Shown here one piece after another: positions 50,686 through 61,639 of a stretch of DNA of 64,000 nucleotides (positions are counted from its first letter, which is position 1; each line of letters begins with the position of its first letter). The DNA comes from Fonticula alba ATCC 38817 (Eukaryota > Protista > Nucleariida): the NCBI GenBank assembly GCA_000388065.2, contig KB932209.1. The stretch is one strand, 5' to 3'. The notes beneath the pieces were generated by a model that was given only the letters and a program-made list of their open reading frames with translations, did not search any database and was not told where the DNA came from. Made by a program: the position numbers and the translations under genes.

Positions 50686-53600
50686 ATGCACGCGAACATA
50701 TGCACCTATCGCCCCCTTCACCTGGGGGCCGGTGTTGCTCAGCCTGCCGCGCAGGCGCCGGCTCTTGGGCAGCATTACTTCTTCGACACCGACCTGTCGT
50801 CCTTGAGCCCGGAGCTTTTCGACCCTCCGGAATCGGGCGCCACACAGGCACATGATGACTCATCCTCGGATGACTCGGAGGCCAGCGACGTGTCGGATGC
50901 CGATTCTTGTGATGGCCCACTGGAAGCTGATGGGCATGCCAGTAGCCGTGGTCCAAGTACCTCGCCTGCTGCCGATGATTTCAGCGCGGACAGCTCCTTC
51001 ACCATCGAGCTGACCGCTCCCCTGGGCCAGGCCCCGCAAGACGGCCCCTTTGTGCACCCCAGCGTGCGGGCAAGCAACCCACCCTCGATGGACCCGCTGG
51101 CCGTGCCGCCAGCCATGTCGAGCCGGCACACCTTTGATGTGAGTGCACACCAAATGGCCGCACACCTGGACCGGCTACTGGACCAGCTGGCCTGCGCAGT
51201 TGATGCCGAGGCCCGGGGGCCCCCGGTGGCCGGGCTGTCAATTGGCTCGGCCTCCCTGTCCGGGTCGCTGGAGCTGCTGGCCCACGCCGGATCGCTGGCC
51301 CACGCGGCCTTGACATCGGTGCTGGAGGACATGAGCGCCCACCCTGATGATAGACCTGCTCGAACCGTGCGTCGACTCCCGCTTGCTCCAGCGTGTCTTG
51401 CCACCCTCCCCCCCCCCCCCGGATACTGGGGCTGCATGGGCCCGCGCATTTCGCCCACCAACTCACGCCTCTCCGGAAGCGCTCCTATTAACGCACATAC
51501 TCAAAAACATACACCATCTTGCGCTCCTCCCTGTGCGCCCCGCCCCCCCCCCCCCCACACACACACATACATACACATACATATATATGTATATATATTT
51601 ATCTACGCCTGCGCACACACATATACAAATGTGCCGGCACGCCCATACAGACCCCTTCCCAGATTCAGGCAGCTCGGCGATCGATCGAGAGCTCGTTCAG
51701 CCGCCTGGCGGGAGACATTGCTCGCTGTCTATCGGATCATGCTCTCGGTCAGTGTCCCTGCCATCCTCACTTTCGTTATCCCTCTGTATGCACCAACTGC
51801 ATCTCCAGGCACTGACCCTACCGACCCTTCTGGGCCTTGTGCATTGGCCGAGTAGCCTTGCAACATGCCGGCCCGGGGTTGGAGTTGGTAAAACTACAGG
51901 CCCCCTCGCCAGCCAGCCACTCGGTAAACTCCCTGTCTTCCGAGGCTCCGGGGCCGATGGCCTGGCTGGCAGACTCTACCCCAGGTCCGGCCCCGGTCAG
52001 CAAGCCCGGAAATCCCGACATCCTGGCTGTTGCTGCTTCTACTGCTGATCCTCGGGCTGATCCTGTTGCTGATCCGGCTCTTGTTTCTGCCCCGGCTGCT
52101 GCCGCTGCCGCTATCCCCGTTGTTGTTGCCATCCCTGCTGCTGTTCCCTTTGCGGCTGCCGCTGTTGTTGCTGCTGCCGCTGCTGCCCCGGATCCCTTTG
52201 CCGATCTTATGATCGATCTTACGGACGGCCCCGCTGCCGTGGATCCTGCTGCCGCACTTGCCCAAACGCCGGCCAATCAGGCGGATACATCGGTGCCCGG
52301 TGTACCAGCCGGCAGCACCTCGGCAGCTGCAGCCACCAGTAGCATCCCCGAGATCGCTGCCGAGGATACCGTCACCAAGGGCAATACTCCGGGTTCTTGT
52401 CCGGAGGCAGGTCCCCCTGCCGACATCCCAAAGCCAGATGGCCTGAGGGCTGATGACTCCCATCCGGAGCTGGTCTCCTCCTCGGTGCAAGAGGCTGCCA
52501 CCGACATGAGCAGCAGCAGCAGCAGCAGCAGCAAACGCAAACTGACGGATCGTGGCAGTCGTCCGGACCAGGATGAACCGATCCCGGACGGGGCTTTGAG
52601 CCCCCGGTCCAAGCGCCACCAGCCCGAATTGCCGGATGATGGCCTCTGGCCATTGCCACCCCCGCGGGCTGCGCATGCCAGCCTGCCGGAGCCCTTCAAG
52701 CACCTTGTTGATCGGTTCTTCCAAATTGCGCGCAACGCGCCCAACCGGCTGGAGGCCAGCCTGCCGACCGGTCAACTCGCCACCCCGGTGACCCATCCCC
52801 TGGCAGCCGAGGTCCTGACCGGACCGCTGCCCGACGCGTCGGCCCTCTTCAGCTTTGATGGGTACATTTGGCTGACTGGCTGCGATATTTCCAACCTCGT
52901 GGGGCTGCTGCTTCCCGGGGCTGGCCGGTCACTCGGGGTGGGCGCGGGCACCGTGCTGCTGCCGGTGCCAGGCTCGAGCCTGGGTCTGGTGTCGAGCTCG
53001 GCCCCGAGCCCGACCATGTCACCGAGTGTGCCATCCATCTCGGAAGTCGTCAATGACGGGACCGACGGCTGGCAGCTATCCCAGCCGACATCCTCCGCGG
53101 GTGCCACGGATGGGGATGCTTCTTTGCGGATTGATCCCTTTGTGCCGATCTGCCTGCATGATCTCTTTGGCAGTTGCAAGTTCCAGGGCTGCCAGCTGCA
53201 ACACACCAACAACCCCCGGCCGCCGGCCGAGAAAGAGGCACCCTCGGCCGGGGTGTCCGCCTCGGAGGGGCCCGATGCCCGGCCAACAGCTGCGACTCCT
53301 CGACCGCCGCCTGTGATGCCGGGCTCTCGGCCGCTGTCGACGCTCGCCAAGGAGGACTTCGAGCAGCTCACGACCGCCGAGCTATCCCGGGCCCTGGGCC
53401 ATTACAATGGCGGGCTCCTGTTCCGGGGCCTGCAAAACATGGCCCGGCCGCCATACCACTCCCGGCATTCGCACATCAACCCGCCGCCGAGCGTCGAATC
53501 GAATATTCGCCCCCCGGGACTGGCCTCCACGACGGTGAATTCGCGCCTGGGCCCCAGCCGGCCCTGGACCCAAGTGACCCCCCTGAGCTCGCAGCACCGG

Positions 53601-56600
53601 TACCTGACTTCGCCCTTCTCGGGGTTCAGCATCAGCCCGGCGTCCAGTTTTGCGCCACTGTTGGGGCAGCTGCGCGAGGCCCTCTTCGACCTGCCGGCTG
53701 AGGGGGATGTGCCTCTTCTGCAGTACCTGCCCCCGGTCGGGGGGCCCCGGGCTCCGCCTTCGCGTCCGGCTGCCCAGCCGGCCGGGACTCCCGGCGGCCC
53801 GGGGCCCGACACTGGCCCCGCGCATGGGGACCCGTCGGAGGTGTCGGTGGGCAAGATTCACGAGTCCGTGGCGGCCTGCCTGCGGGCCTGTCTGGATCGG
53901 CTGTACCAAGCTCGTGTCTATGCCCAAAGGTTTTCCATCTTCCGGGAAGGCGTTTCCCCGGACAATCCACTGGATGTGGCCCTGTACTTCCTGTCGACCG
54001 GGACGGACATCCTGCGGGAGGCCATTCAGCAGGTCCAGCACCAAGTCCAGGAAGTGTCTGCGCAGTCGGCCAACACGCCGGCCATGCGGGACCTGCGGGC
54101 TCGGAAAACCCGGGACCTGCTCACCCTGCTGGGCATGGACAGCGCCCTGTGGGGCTTTGCCTTTGAGTTGTATTGCGCCCGGGCCACCATGGGCTTGGTC
54201 AGTCTGAAGACCATGCTTCCCTTTCAGCAGAAGGCCGTCGATGTCATGCAGCAAATCCTGGAGTTCCATACCCCCTGGCCGTCGGCCCGAGCGTGGCTGG
54301 CCCAGCGCCAGGCGCAGGACCCGGACAATCCGACCGACCACAAGAGCTCGGCGGCCTCGCCGTTGCCCTTGTCCATGGTGTTGGACATGGAGAGCTTGGT
54401 GAGCGTGTCCCCGAGTTTGCTGACGGTCGAGCTTCGCCAGGCGGCCGGGCTCTGGTGGCGGTTCATCCGCGCGGCGCGCTTGTCCCTCCCGGTGCACATT
54501 GCCTGCCATGATCAGGCCATTTCGCGCTTCCGGTGGACCATTTCCCTGCTGGGTAGTCTGATGCTGGAGTGGACGCCCGCGCTGGCCACCCTGGCGGTTG
54601 ATGCCCGGCGGTACCTGCCGGCCGAGCCCCTGTCACACCATATGGTCCGGCAGGCGCTCAGTCGGCCGATAGTCGAGGCGGCTCTGCTGGCGGCCAAGTT
54701 GGCCTCCGAGGGGGCGCTCTCCTCGCACTTGACGCACCCGCCCATGGACCTCCACCAGGCATCTGTTCAGGTCCGCTTCTCGCCGGAGTCGCTGGGCTCG
54801 ACATTGCCGGGGGCCGATGCTTCGGCCCCCAAGCCCGGGGGCGCTTCACCTGCCAAGGCGGCCAGCGTGCCGGACCGCCGCCAGCAGCACTGGCAGCATC
54901 ACCATCCTCGACTCGGTGCTTTGCTCAGTCCCCGGTGGCAAAATGCCCTCGACTGGTTGTCGATCGTGTGCCACGCCGAGTCCGAGGAGATGGTCACACT
55001 GCTTGCTGGAGATGCGTATGAACCTGTCTGCGGCGCTGGCAGTGGTGCCGGCGCCAGTGCCGGCACCAACACCGGCACCAACACCGGCACCGGCACCGGC
55101 ACCGGCACCGGCACCGGCACCGGCACCAATGCCAGTACCAGCACCAGTGCTGGCTCGGATAAGCAGTCGCGGGGTCCCGACACTCGGCCGCCCATCTTCT
55201 CGAAACCATGCTTTACCCTGCCGATGTTGCTGAATATGGACCGGAGCCTGCGGACTGTGGCCATGGCCACGGCCTTGTCGGAATCCCACTGCCAGACCGC
55301 ACACTGCTTGTGTGACTCGCGCATGCGGCACCAGCTTCCCCGCCCGGCGGCCGTCGTCCTGCGCAGGGTCCTGGACCGGGTTGAGCAGGGGGCCGCCGGC
55401 GCGGGCCTGCCATCGGGCAAGCCGTCCGGCTCGCTGCTCAGTACTCTGGCCCCGACCGAGGCGCTGGCCCTGTGGGTGGGGTATGCCTCGGCGACGGCCC
55501 TGCACTGCCATCTGACGCCGGTGCAGCTGCATATGACCCCCACGCCGGGGGAGGCCCCGGGGCCGGACGCACCCGGGCAGCTGGGGGCAGATGCGCTGCT
55601 CTTCTGGGCCCCGCCGGGCCTGCTGCCGGAGGCCCTCTTCACCGGGGACCATCTCGACCAGATGAGCGCCGCGGCGGCCGACGGTCGGCTGCATGTGGAC
55701 TGGCTGGAATGGGTGTCGCGGGCCGGCCGGCCCGGTGGGCTGGCCTGCTCCCTGAGCCAGTCCCGTCACGGGCTGTCGCTGGACCGGGCCCTGGGGTCGG
55801 ATTCCCCGGAGGCAGAGCTGCTTCACCGGGCCGGGAGCATGTGCTCCAGCCTGCTGCGTGGCCAGCCCCTGTGGGATGTCCTGTTGAATGGGCTGGCCGT
55901 GAGCTTTGACTTGCTGTGGGAGCAGCAGCACCGGACCCAGGTGAGCGATGGTGGCGCCCTGCAGGAGGCCCTGACCGAGTCGCTGGCGGTCCTGAACTCC
56001 GTGCTGCTGATGATGCTCGGCCTGGCGCAGGCGGCCGCCGCGGCCGGGGTGTGCTTCAATTGCGGGGCCCCGCATTTGGTCCCCGGGTCATCGGAGTCGG
56101 GGCACACCTGCGACTACCGGCAACTCGGGGCCAACACGTATCCGGAAATCCGGTCGGATGCCCGGTGCGATGCGGTGGTGCAGATGATGCTCCGGCTGGA
56201 GGTGGTCATCCGCGGGGTGATCTTCAGCCGGGGCCGCGGCCCGACCTCCTCCCAAGACCAAGTGGCTTCGGCTTTGATGGGGCTGCCGTCGCTGCTGGCG
56301 GCGGTGGTCCTGGCCCGGCAGCTGCCCGATGGCCTGCTGATGTCGGCCGAGGGGCATTCGCCGAACCCGGTGCATGCGGTGTCGCTGATTGGCCGGCTGA
56401 CCTTGCGCATTTTGAAGGGCACCATCCCGGGGCCGCCGTCGGCACTGGCCAGCGGGCCCTCGTCCACCAGCATGACCTTCATGCACAGCCTCCAGGGGGC
56501 GACTTTGGGCCTGGCGACGACGCTTCACCACTTCTCGGCCGGCACGCTGGGCTCCCTGCGTGGCGGGCCTGGCTCCCTCCCGGGGGAGGAGGGCTCCTCG

Positions 56601-57971
56601 TCCGGCGACATGGCCAGGCACCGACCAGCCAAGCGGGGCTTCTTCGACTTGAAGGTCTTCGCCACGGCTGTGCACGGGGGGCTGACCTCGGCGCGCCTGG
56701 CCGCGGTCCAGGTGGACGCCCAGACGCCGGGCGGCACGGATGGCACATTGCTCGGGCGCCTGGTGCTGGACATGTGCCAGGTCGTGCTGGAGTCCCAGGC
56801 CCCATCGACATCTGAAGCCTCGGGCTCGATGAATGGGGTGCTCCCCGCCGGGGGGGCTGGATCTGCCTCGCGCCTGCCATTGGCCGGGGCGGGGCTGGTG
56901 AAGCCGGACACCCGGGCCGGCCTCACGCCGGTGGGCTGGCAACTTTTGCTGATGGCCGGACCGGATGTCCTGTTCTGGTCGTGTGACCAGGTCGACGGAG
57001 GGCCCGACTCCGGGCCTCGGCCCGATCGACACCCGGTGGTGGAGCTGCTGGCCGCGGCTCTCGGCCTGCCGGCCACCTGCTCGCGGGAGGCCTTCTTCCA
57101 GGAGCTCATTCGGCGGGCGGCGCACGATATGCTGGGCAGGTCGGCCGGCCCGGGCATCGGCCGTGGCTGTCTGAGCGCCTGGGCGCTGATGCATGCGCAC
57201 CTGGTCGTCGGCGAGACCCTCGAGCGGGAGGCCAGCATGCGCCGGACGCTGCTGGCCCTGACATACAACACCCGCATCAATGCCAACAGTCCGATGGCGC
57301 TGGTTCACACGCGGCCCTGGTTCTATGACATTTGGACGGAGGGCGATGCCGGGGTGCCGGCCATCGGCGGGCCTCGAAGCGCGGCCCTCCCCCTGACGGA
57401 TGACAGTGGTCTGCAGTATCTGGTGGCCATGCTGGAGGGGCAGCTGGCTCGGATGCCGCACCAGGCGCCGATTCAGATGGCCACCCTTCGAGCGGCGCAG
57501 CACGAGTTGGCCACCCGCTCGGACAAGTGGATCTCCGTGTATGGGGTGCCGCAGCATGCCCTGGCGCACGAGCTCCTGGACATGGCCAAGGCCCTGGCCC
57601 GGCGGCACATGCACACCCCCCTGCTCGCCCGGCTGACGCGCAACAGTGTGCAACTGTCCTACTCCAAGGGCCGCATGCAGCCGATTCGCGACCGGATGAT
57701 GGATGCCCTGTGCCACAGGTCGCAGGCGGATGTGCGCCTTTGGCTGATGGCCATCCGCCTGGAGGTCGCCAGCGAGCACTTCCCCTCGGCGCGGTGGCTG
57801 TGCCGCGCGGCCTTGAGCATTCACCCCCTGGACGCACGCCTCTGGGCCGCGTACTGCCATGTGGAGATGCTGGCCGGCGGCCCGACGGCCATGCTCAGCC
57901 TCCCCCGGACGTATGCCCCATCGCCGGAGTTCCTGAGTGTCTTCTTCCTGGCGCGGACCACCCTCCGATAG
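50686..57971 (+). CDS. ZFC3H1/Red1-like protein (zf-C3H1 zinc finger plus C-terminal HAT/TPR-like repeats); start uncertain
   Basis: IDPFVPICLHDLFGSCKFQGCQLQH at 53130-53204 has the C-x7-C-x4-C-x3-H spacing and DLxG of the ZFC3H1/Red1 finger. The C-terminal DVRLWLMAIRLE..ARWLCRAALSIHPLDARLWAAYCHVE resembles HAT repeats. A ~6-kb exon (about 51899-57971) follows upstream exons at 50.7-51.36 kb and 51.66-51.75 kb. Confidence 0.68.
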
Positions 57972-58162
57972 AGTAATGCCTGTCCCCCTTCCTCCGGCCC
58001 TCTTTTTTCCTTCTTCCCCCCCCCCCCCTCTTCGCATGGCCCTCACATGAAGCTTTGCGCCCTCCGCCTGCACACAGTGTGCGGGAGGAGGGGAAACCGA
58101 ATCAAGAAAATGTGCCCCCCCTGCGTAGGGGAAATAGATTTAGATTGTGAGATGTGACTCTT

Positions 58163-58273
58163 GTGTGTGAGTACGTGTGTGTGAGTACGTGTGTGTGCGT
58201 GTGTGTGTGAGTACGTGTGAGTACGTGTGAGTACGTGTGAGTACGTGTGTGTGCGTGCGTGCGTGCGTGCGTG
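58163..58273. repeat. Tandem (GTGAGTACGT) x6 embedded in GT/GCGT microsatellite
   Basis: Copies start at 58167, 58181, 58207, 58217, 58227 and 58237. Confidence 0.9.
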
Positions 58274-59078
58274 CTTGAATGGTCCCTGGGCAGAGCACGT
58301 CCGCGCCGCGGACAAGCAGGGCGGTGGGCAAGCTTGAAGCCGAGTCCCCAGAGACACTGTCCGTCCCCCGGCGCCGGGGCCTCGTGTACAGAGCGGATCG
58401 AGGTAGGGGGGGAGGGAGGAGCGCGGCGGGCCAAGGCGGCTCCCCCCCCCCCCCGGGGCCCCGCCTCGCCCCCCCCCGACACACACACCGCCAGGAGGCA
58501 GACAGACAGACTGCCGCGCCTGCACACACGGGGCCGGTACACATGGTAGACACATTTGGCGAGAGGCCCCCTCGGGTAGCAAAGTTCTTTTTCTCGGCGA
58601 TCGGTTGGGCCAAAAAAAAGGGCGGGAGGGAGTGTGGCAATGATGATGCAGACCCCCCCGCGCCCACCAGCCAGCCGCAGCCGGGAAAAAAGGGGAGCCA
58701 CGTCTCCCTCCGAAGATGACGAGGGAGGCCGCCACAGGGGGCCCCTCGGTCCGGAGAGAGAGAGTGCGGCATGAGGTTCAATTTGTAAATTGGAAAAAAG
58801 GGGGTGCCAGTCAGATTGCGATGCAACCCTGCCGAAGGCTGCAAGGGCCAGCGGCACGGTCATCAATTGCCAACGCGGTCAGATGCCAAGAGGCAACAAC
58901 CACGGGCACGCTTCGCGCTCGGGAAGCATCGCTATTGCTCATCGTCCTGGGGTTTGTTGATGTCTAGTTTGGGTAAACTTGACGAGGACACATACTATAG
59001 AAATGATCCCTAGAGTACGGTCGACTAAAGCAAAATCCGATGGACTGCGCTCGTCGGACGGCTTCTTGTAGGGGGGCA

Positions 59079-59450
59079 TCAGACCCCGGCTGGGCGGATG
59101 TTAAATGCACCCCTCAGATGAATAGCATTCTCCTCTTCTGGGGCTGCCTTCGTGGCATTTCCGCCGAGGGGATGGATTTCAATTGTGGCAAGAAAATGTG
59201 CCAATCTGAGGTCCCCCCGGAAAGAGCCGCGAACATATCCCGCGAGAGGAATGGCGTCACGGTGTGATGAAAAAGAACCCCACCAGACTCGATAACCCAA
59301 ATCATCGATTGAGTTACCAACTCCACCGACGATGCCCTGGGACAGGGTTTGCCATTTATCAATGGCATTCCACCAAAGAGGAACATCGAAAGAAGCGGGA
59401 GCCGCATGTCGGCGTCGACCTCGAAGGTCCGGCCCTTGGCCAAACACCAA
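59079..59450 (-). other. Unassigned ORF in a lower-GC island; codon use unlike host genes (possible gene relic or foreign fragment)
   Basis: 123-aa reading frame with a strong RNY codon pattern and many T-ending codons (GCT, GAT, GTT, AAT, ATT, GGT). No clear start and no recognised domain. Confidence 0.25.
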
Positions 59451-61604
59451 AGATCAATTCAGGGCCTCCCTCCCAGGAGCCTCCAAGCGACAGCATCACC
59501 GAAACACTGGTCGGACGTGTCGGCACCGGTACGGTTATGGGGCTCTCTCTTGGAGCCCTTTTAAATCATGTATTATCTTTCCTTTCGCTGGCCTTCCCAC
59601 TTGCCCCAAGTCGGGTCGCCAGGCTCCCTGCCCTTCGGACAGACGGTACTTGCCCGGATGTCGTGCGCCCTCCTTTCATGCCCGGAGGATGTGCCTCGAA
59701 CCGGCTGCGCGTTTCCGACGTGGCTCCCGTCACAGTTCGCCGCCTCCGGCGGAAAGACCGATCTGTGAGAGCCGCGCCACATCGAGGAATGTGTCACGTG
59801 CGTAATCATGATACGGCGAAATATTCGGGTTCCCGGTGGCGGTCGGTGCATGCCTTCTTCGGGTCACGGTATTTTCTTTGCGTGCTTTTCGGACAGGTTC
59901 TGTTGTGGGCAAAGCTGCCACATCGTGGCCACCTTCCCCCCCCCCCCCCCGGTGTCCGCGGGCCAGGTGGGGGTGCATGCTTGCGCATCGGCGCCATGTA
60001 TACTTTTGCCCCCGCCGGGACGGCCACATGCGTGTGCGTGCGTGTGTGTGGTGTATATGTATCATGCATACGGATGTGCGCGCAGCACCGGGACGGGGGC
60101 CAGTGACGTCGACAGCGTGTGGGGCGCGCGCGACCGCCACCACGAACAGCGGGGTACGTTGGGTGTGCTCACCTGGTGTATCCCCCCCCCCTCCCCCCGA
60201 GCAAGAGTGTGCGCGCCCCCGGAGGCTGGTGAGGGTCTTTATACATGCCGTGGATGCCATCCCCCCCCCCCCCCCCACACACACACACACGGACCCAAAC
60301 ACCCGCTCCCAAAGACCCGGGACTCGCGACCGTCTGCCGAAAGCCCGACCGACGAGGGCAGGGGCAGGGGCAGAGGAGGGAGGGGGGGCCCCTTTGGTGT
60401 GGGTAGCTGTTTTGGTGCTGCTCAGCGCGCACCCAGATGAGCACCCCCCTGGCAGCCTACATCCCTCCCGGCAGAGCCTCGCCTCCTGGGACCACGGCAC
60501 AGTGGGGGGCGGGCGGGGGCAACGTGGGCGTGCATGCGAATACCGCTTTGGGCGCTCACGCACACGCCGGCAGACCGACGCCGAGAAAAGAACCCGCATA
60601 TATACGGAGTGCAAACACCATGAGCAACACATATAGGGACAAACGTCCGCCGCCGGGTCCTCAGGGGAGCTGGCCGCCGGCTGCCCATGCTCTCAGCGGA
60701 CGGTGTTGTTCGGGGCCGGCCCGCACTGTCATCATCGTCCTCGGGGAGAAGTCGTCTGCCAGCGCGCCAGTTCGGCGACCGGGCCCGGCCTGCGGATATG
60801 AGTGTGTGTGCGTGTGTGCGTGTGTGTGTGTGTGTGTGTATGTTGTTGCGTGTATGCACGCATGGGAGGTGCATGTGTGTGTATGTGTTTGTGTGCGGAA
60901 GGTGAGGGGCATGAGAGGGGGGCGGGGGGGGGGGATTTCCCGTGGCATCCCTGGGCATCACCGGACAGCCGCCGCCCCGGGCAAGGCTCGGGTTAACTCC
61001 CCCAATGGGGCCGGGCTCCACCGCACGGGGTTCCCCCACCCGGCGGCCGCGCCGCGTCGATCCAGGCATCGCCTTCCGGCCAGCGGGCAAGGGGGACCGG
61101 GCGCGATTGCCTTGGCGCCATCCTTGTCCATGTTAAGAGCAATGCTAATAACCCGTCTCATCCCGGGGGGGGGGGGGGGGGGGGGGGGGGCGAGACGGGC
61201 AGGCGCGGTCGGCGCGCATGATTGGCCGGGTTGCTGCCGACGCCACAGGCACCCGTGTGTGGTCGGTCGGCCCGGGGTGCCCCTGGCCGGTGCCGAGAGC
61301 GACCCGAAGTCCGTGTGCCCGGGCCCGTGCGGACTGCTCCGTGGCGTACCGCCAAATTAATCCATCATCTCGCGAGGGCGTGCAAGAGGGCAAGGGCAGG
61401 GGAGCTGGCGACGCGCTTCACGGAAGCCGACCACACGGCCGCCCGACATCTGGCACTCTCCGACGGCCATGTGCCTGTAACTAGCAGCCCCCGGCCCGTG
61501 TCGCGGGGGACTGTGCATGGTCTGCTCGGGGGTGTCCGGCCGCCGGCCAGACAAGCCCGTCACCGGCACACCGTTTGTGGCCCCAGGACCGTGGGGTGCT
61601 TGAG

Positions 61605-61639
<35 letters not shown>

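Noticed and set aside
59440-59520. SVMLSLGGSWEGGPELIF resembling the 2OG-Fe(II) oxygenase GGEL motif
   Set aside because: No upstream HxD or downstream His/Arg in frame, and stops flank it; likely chance.
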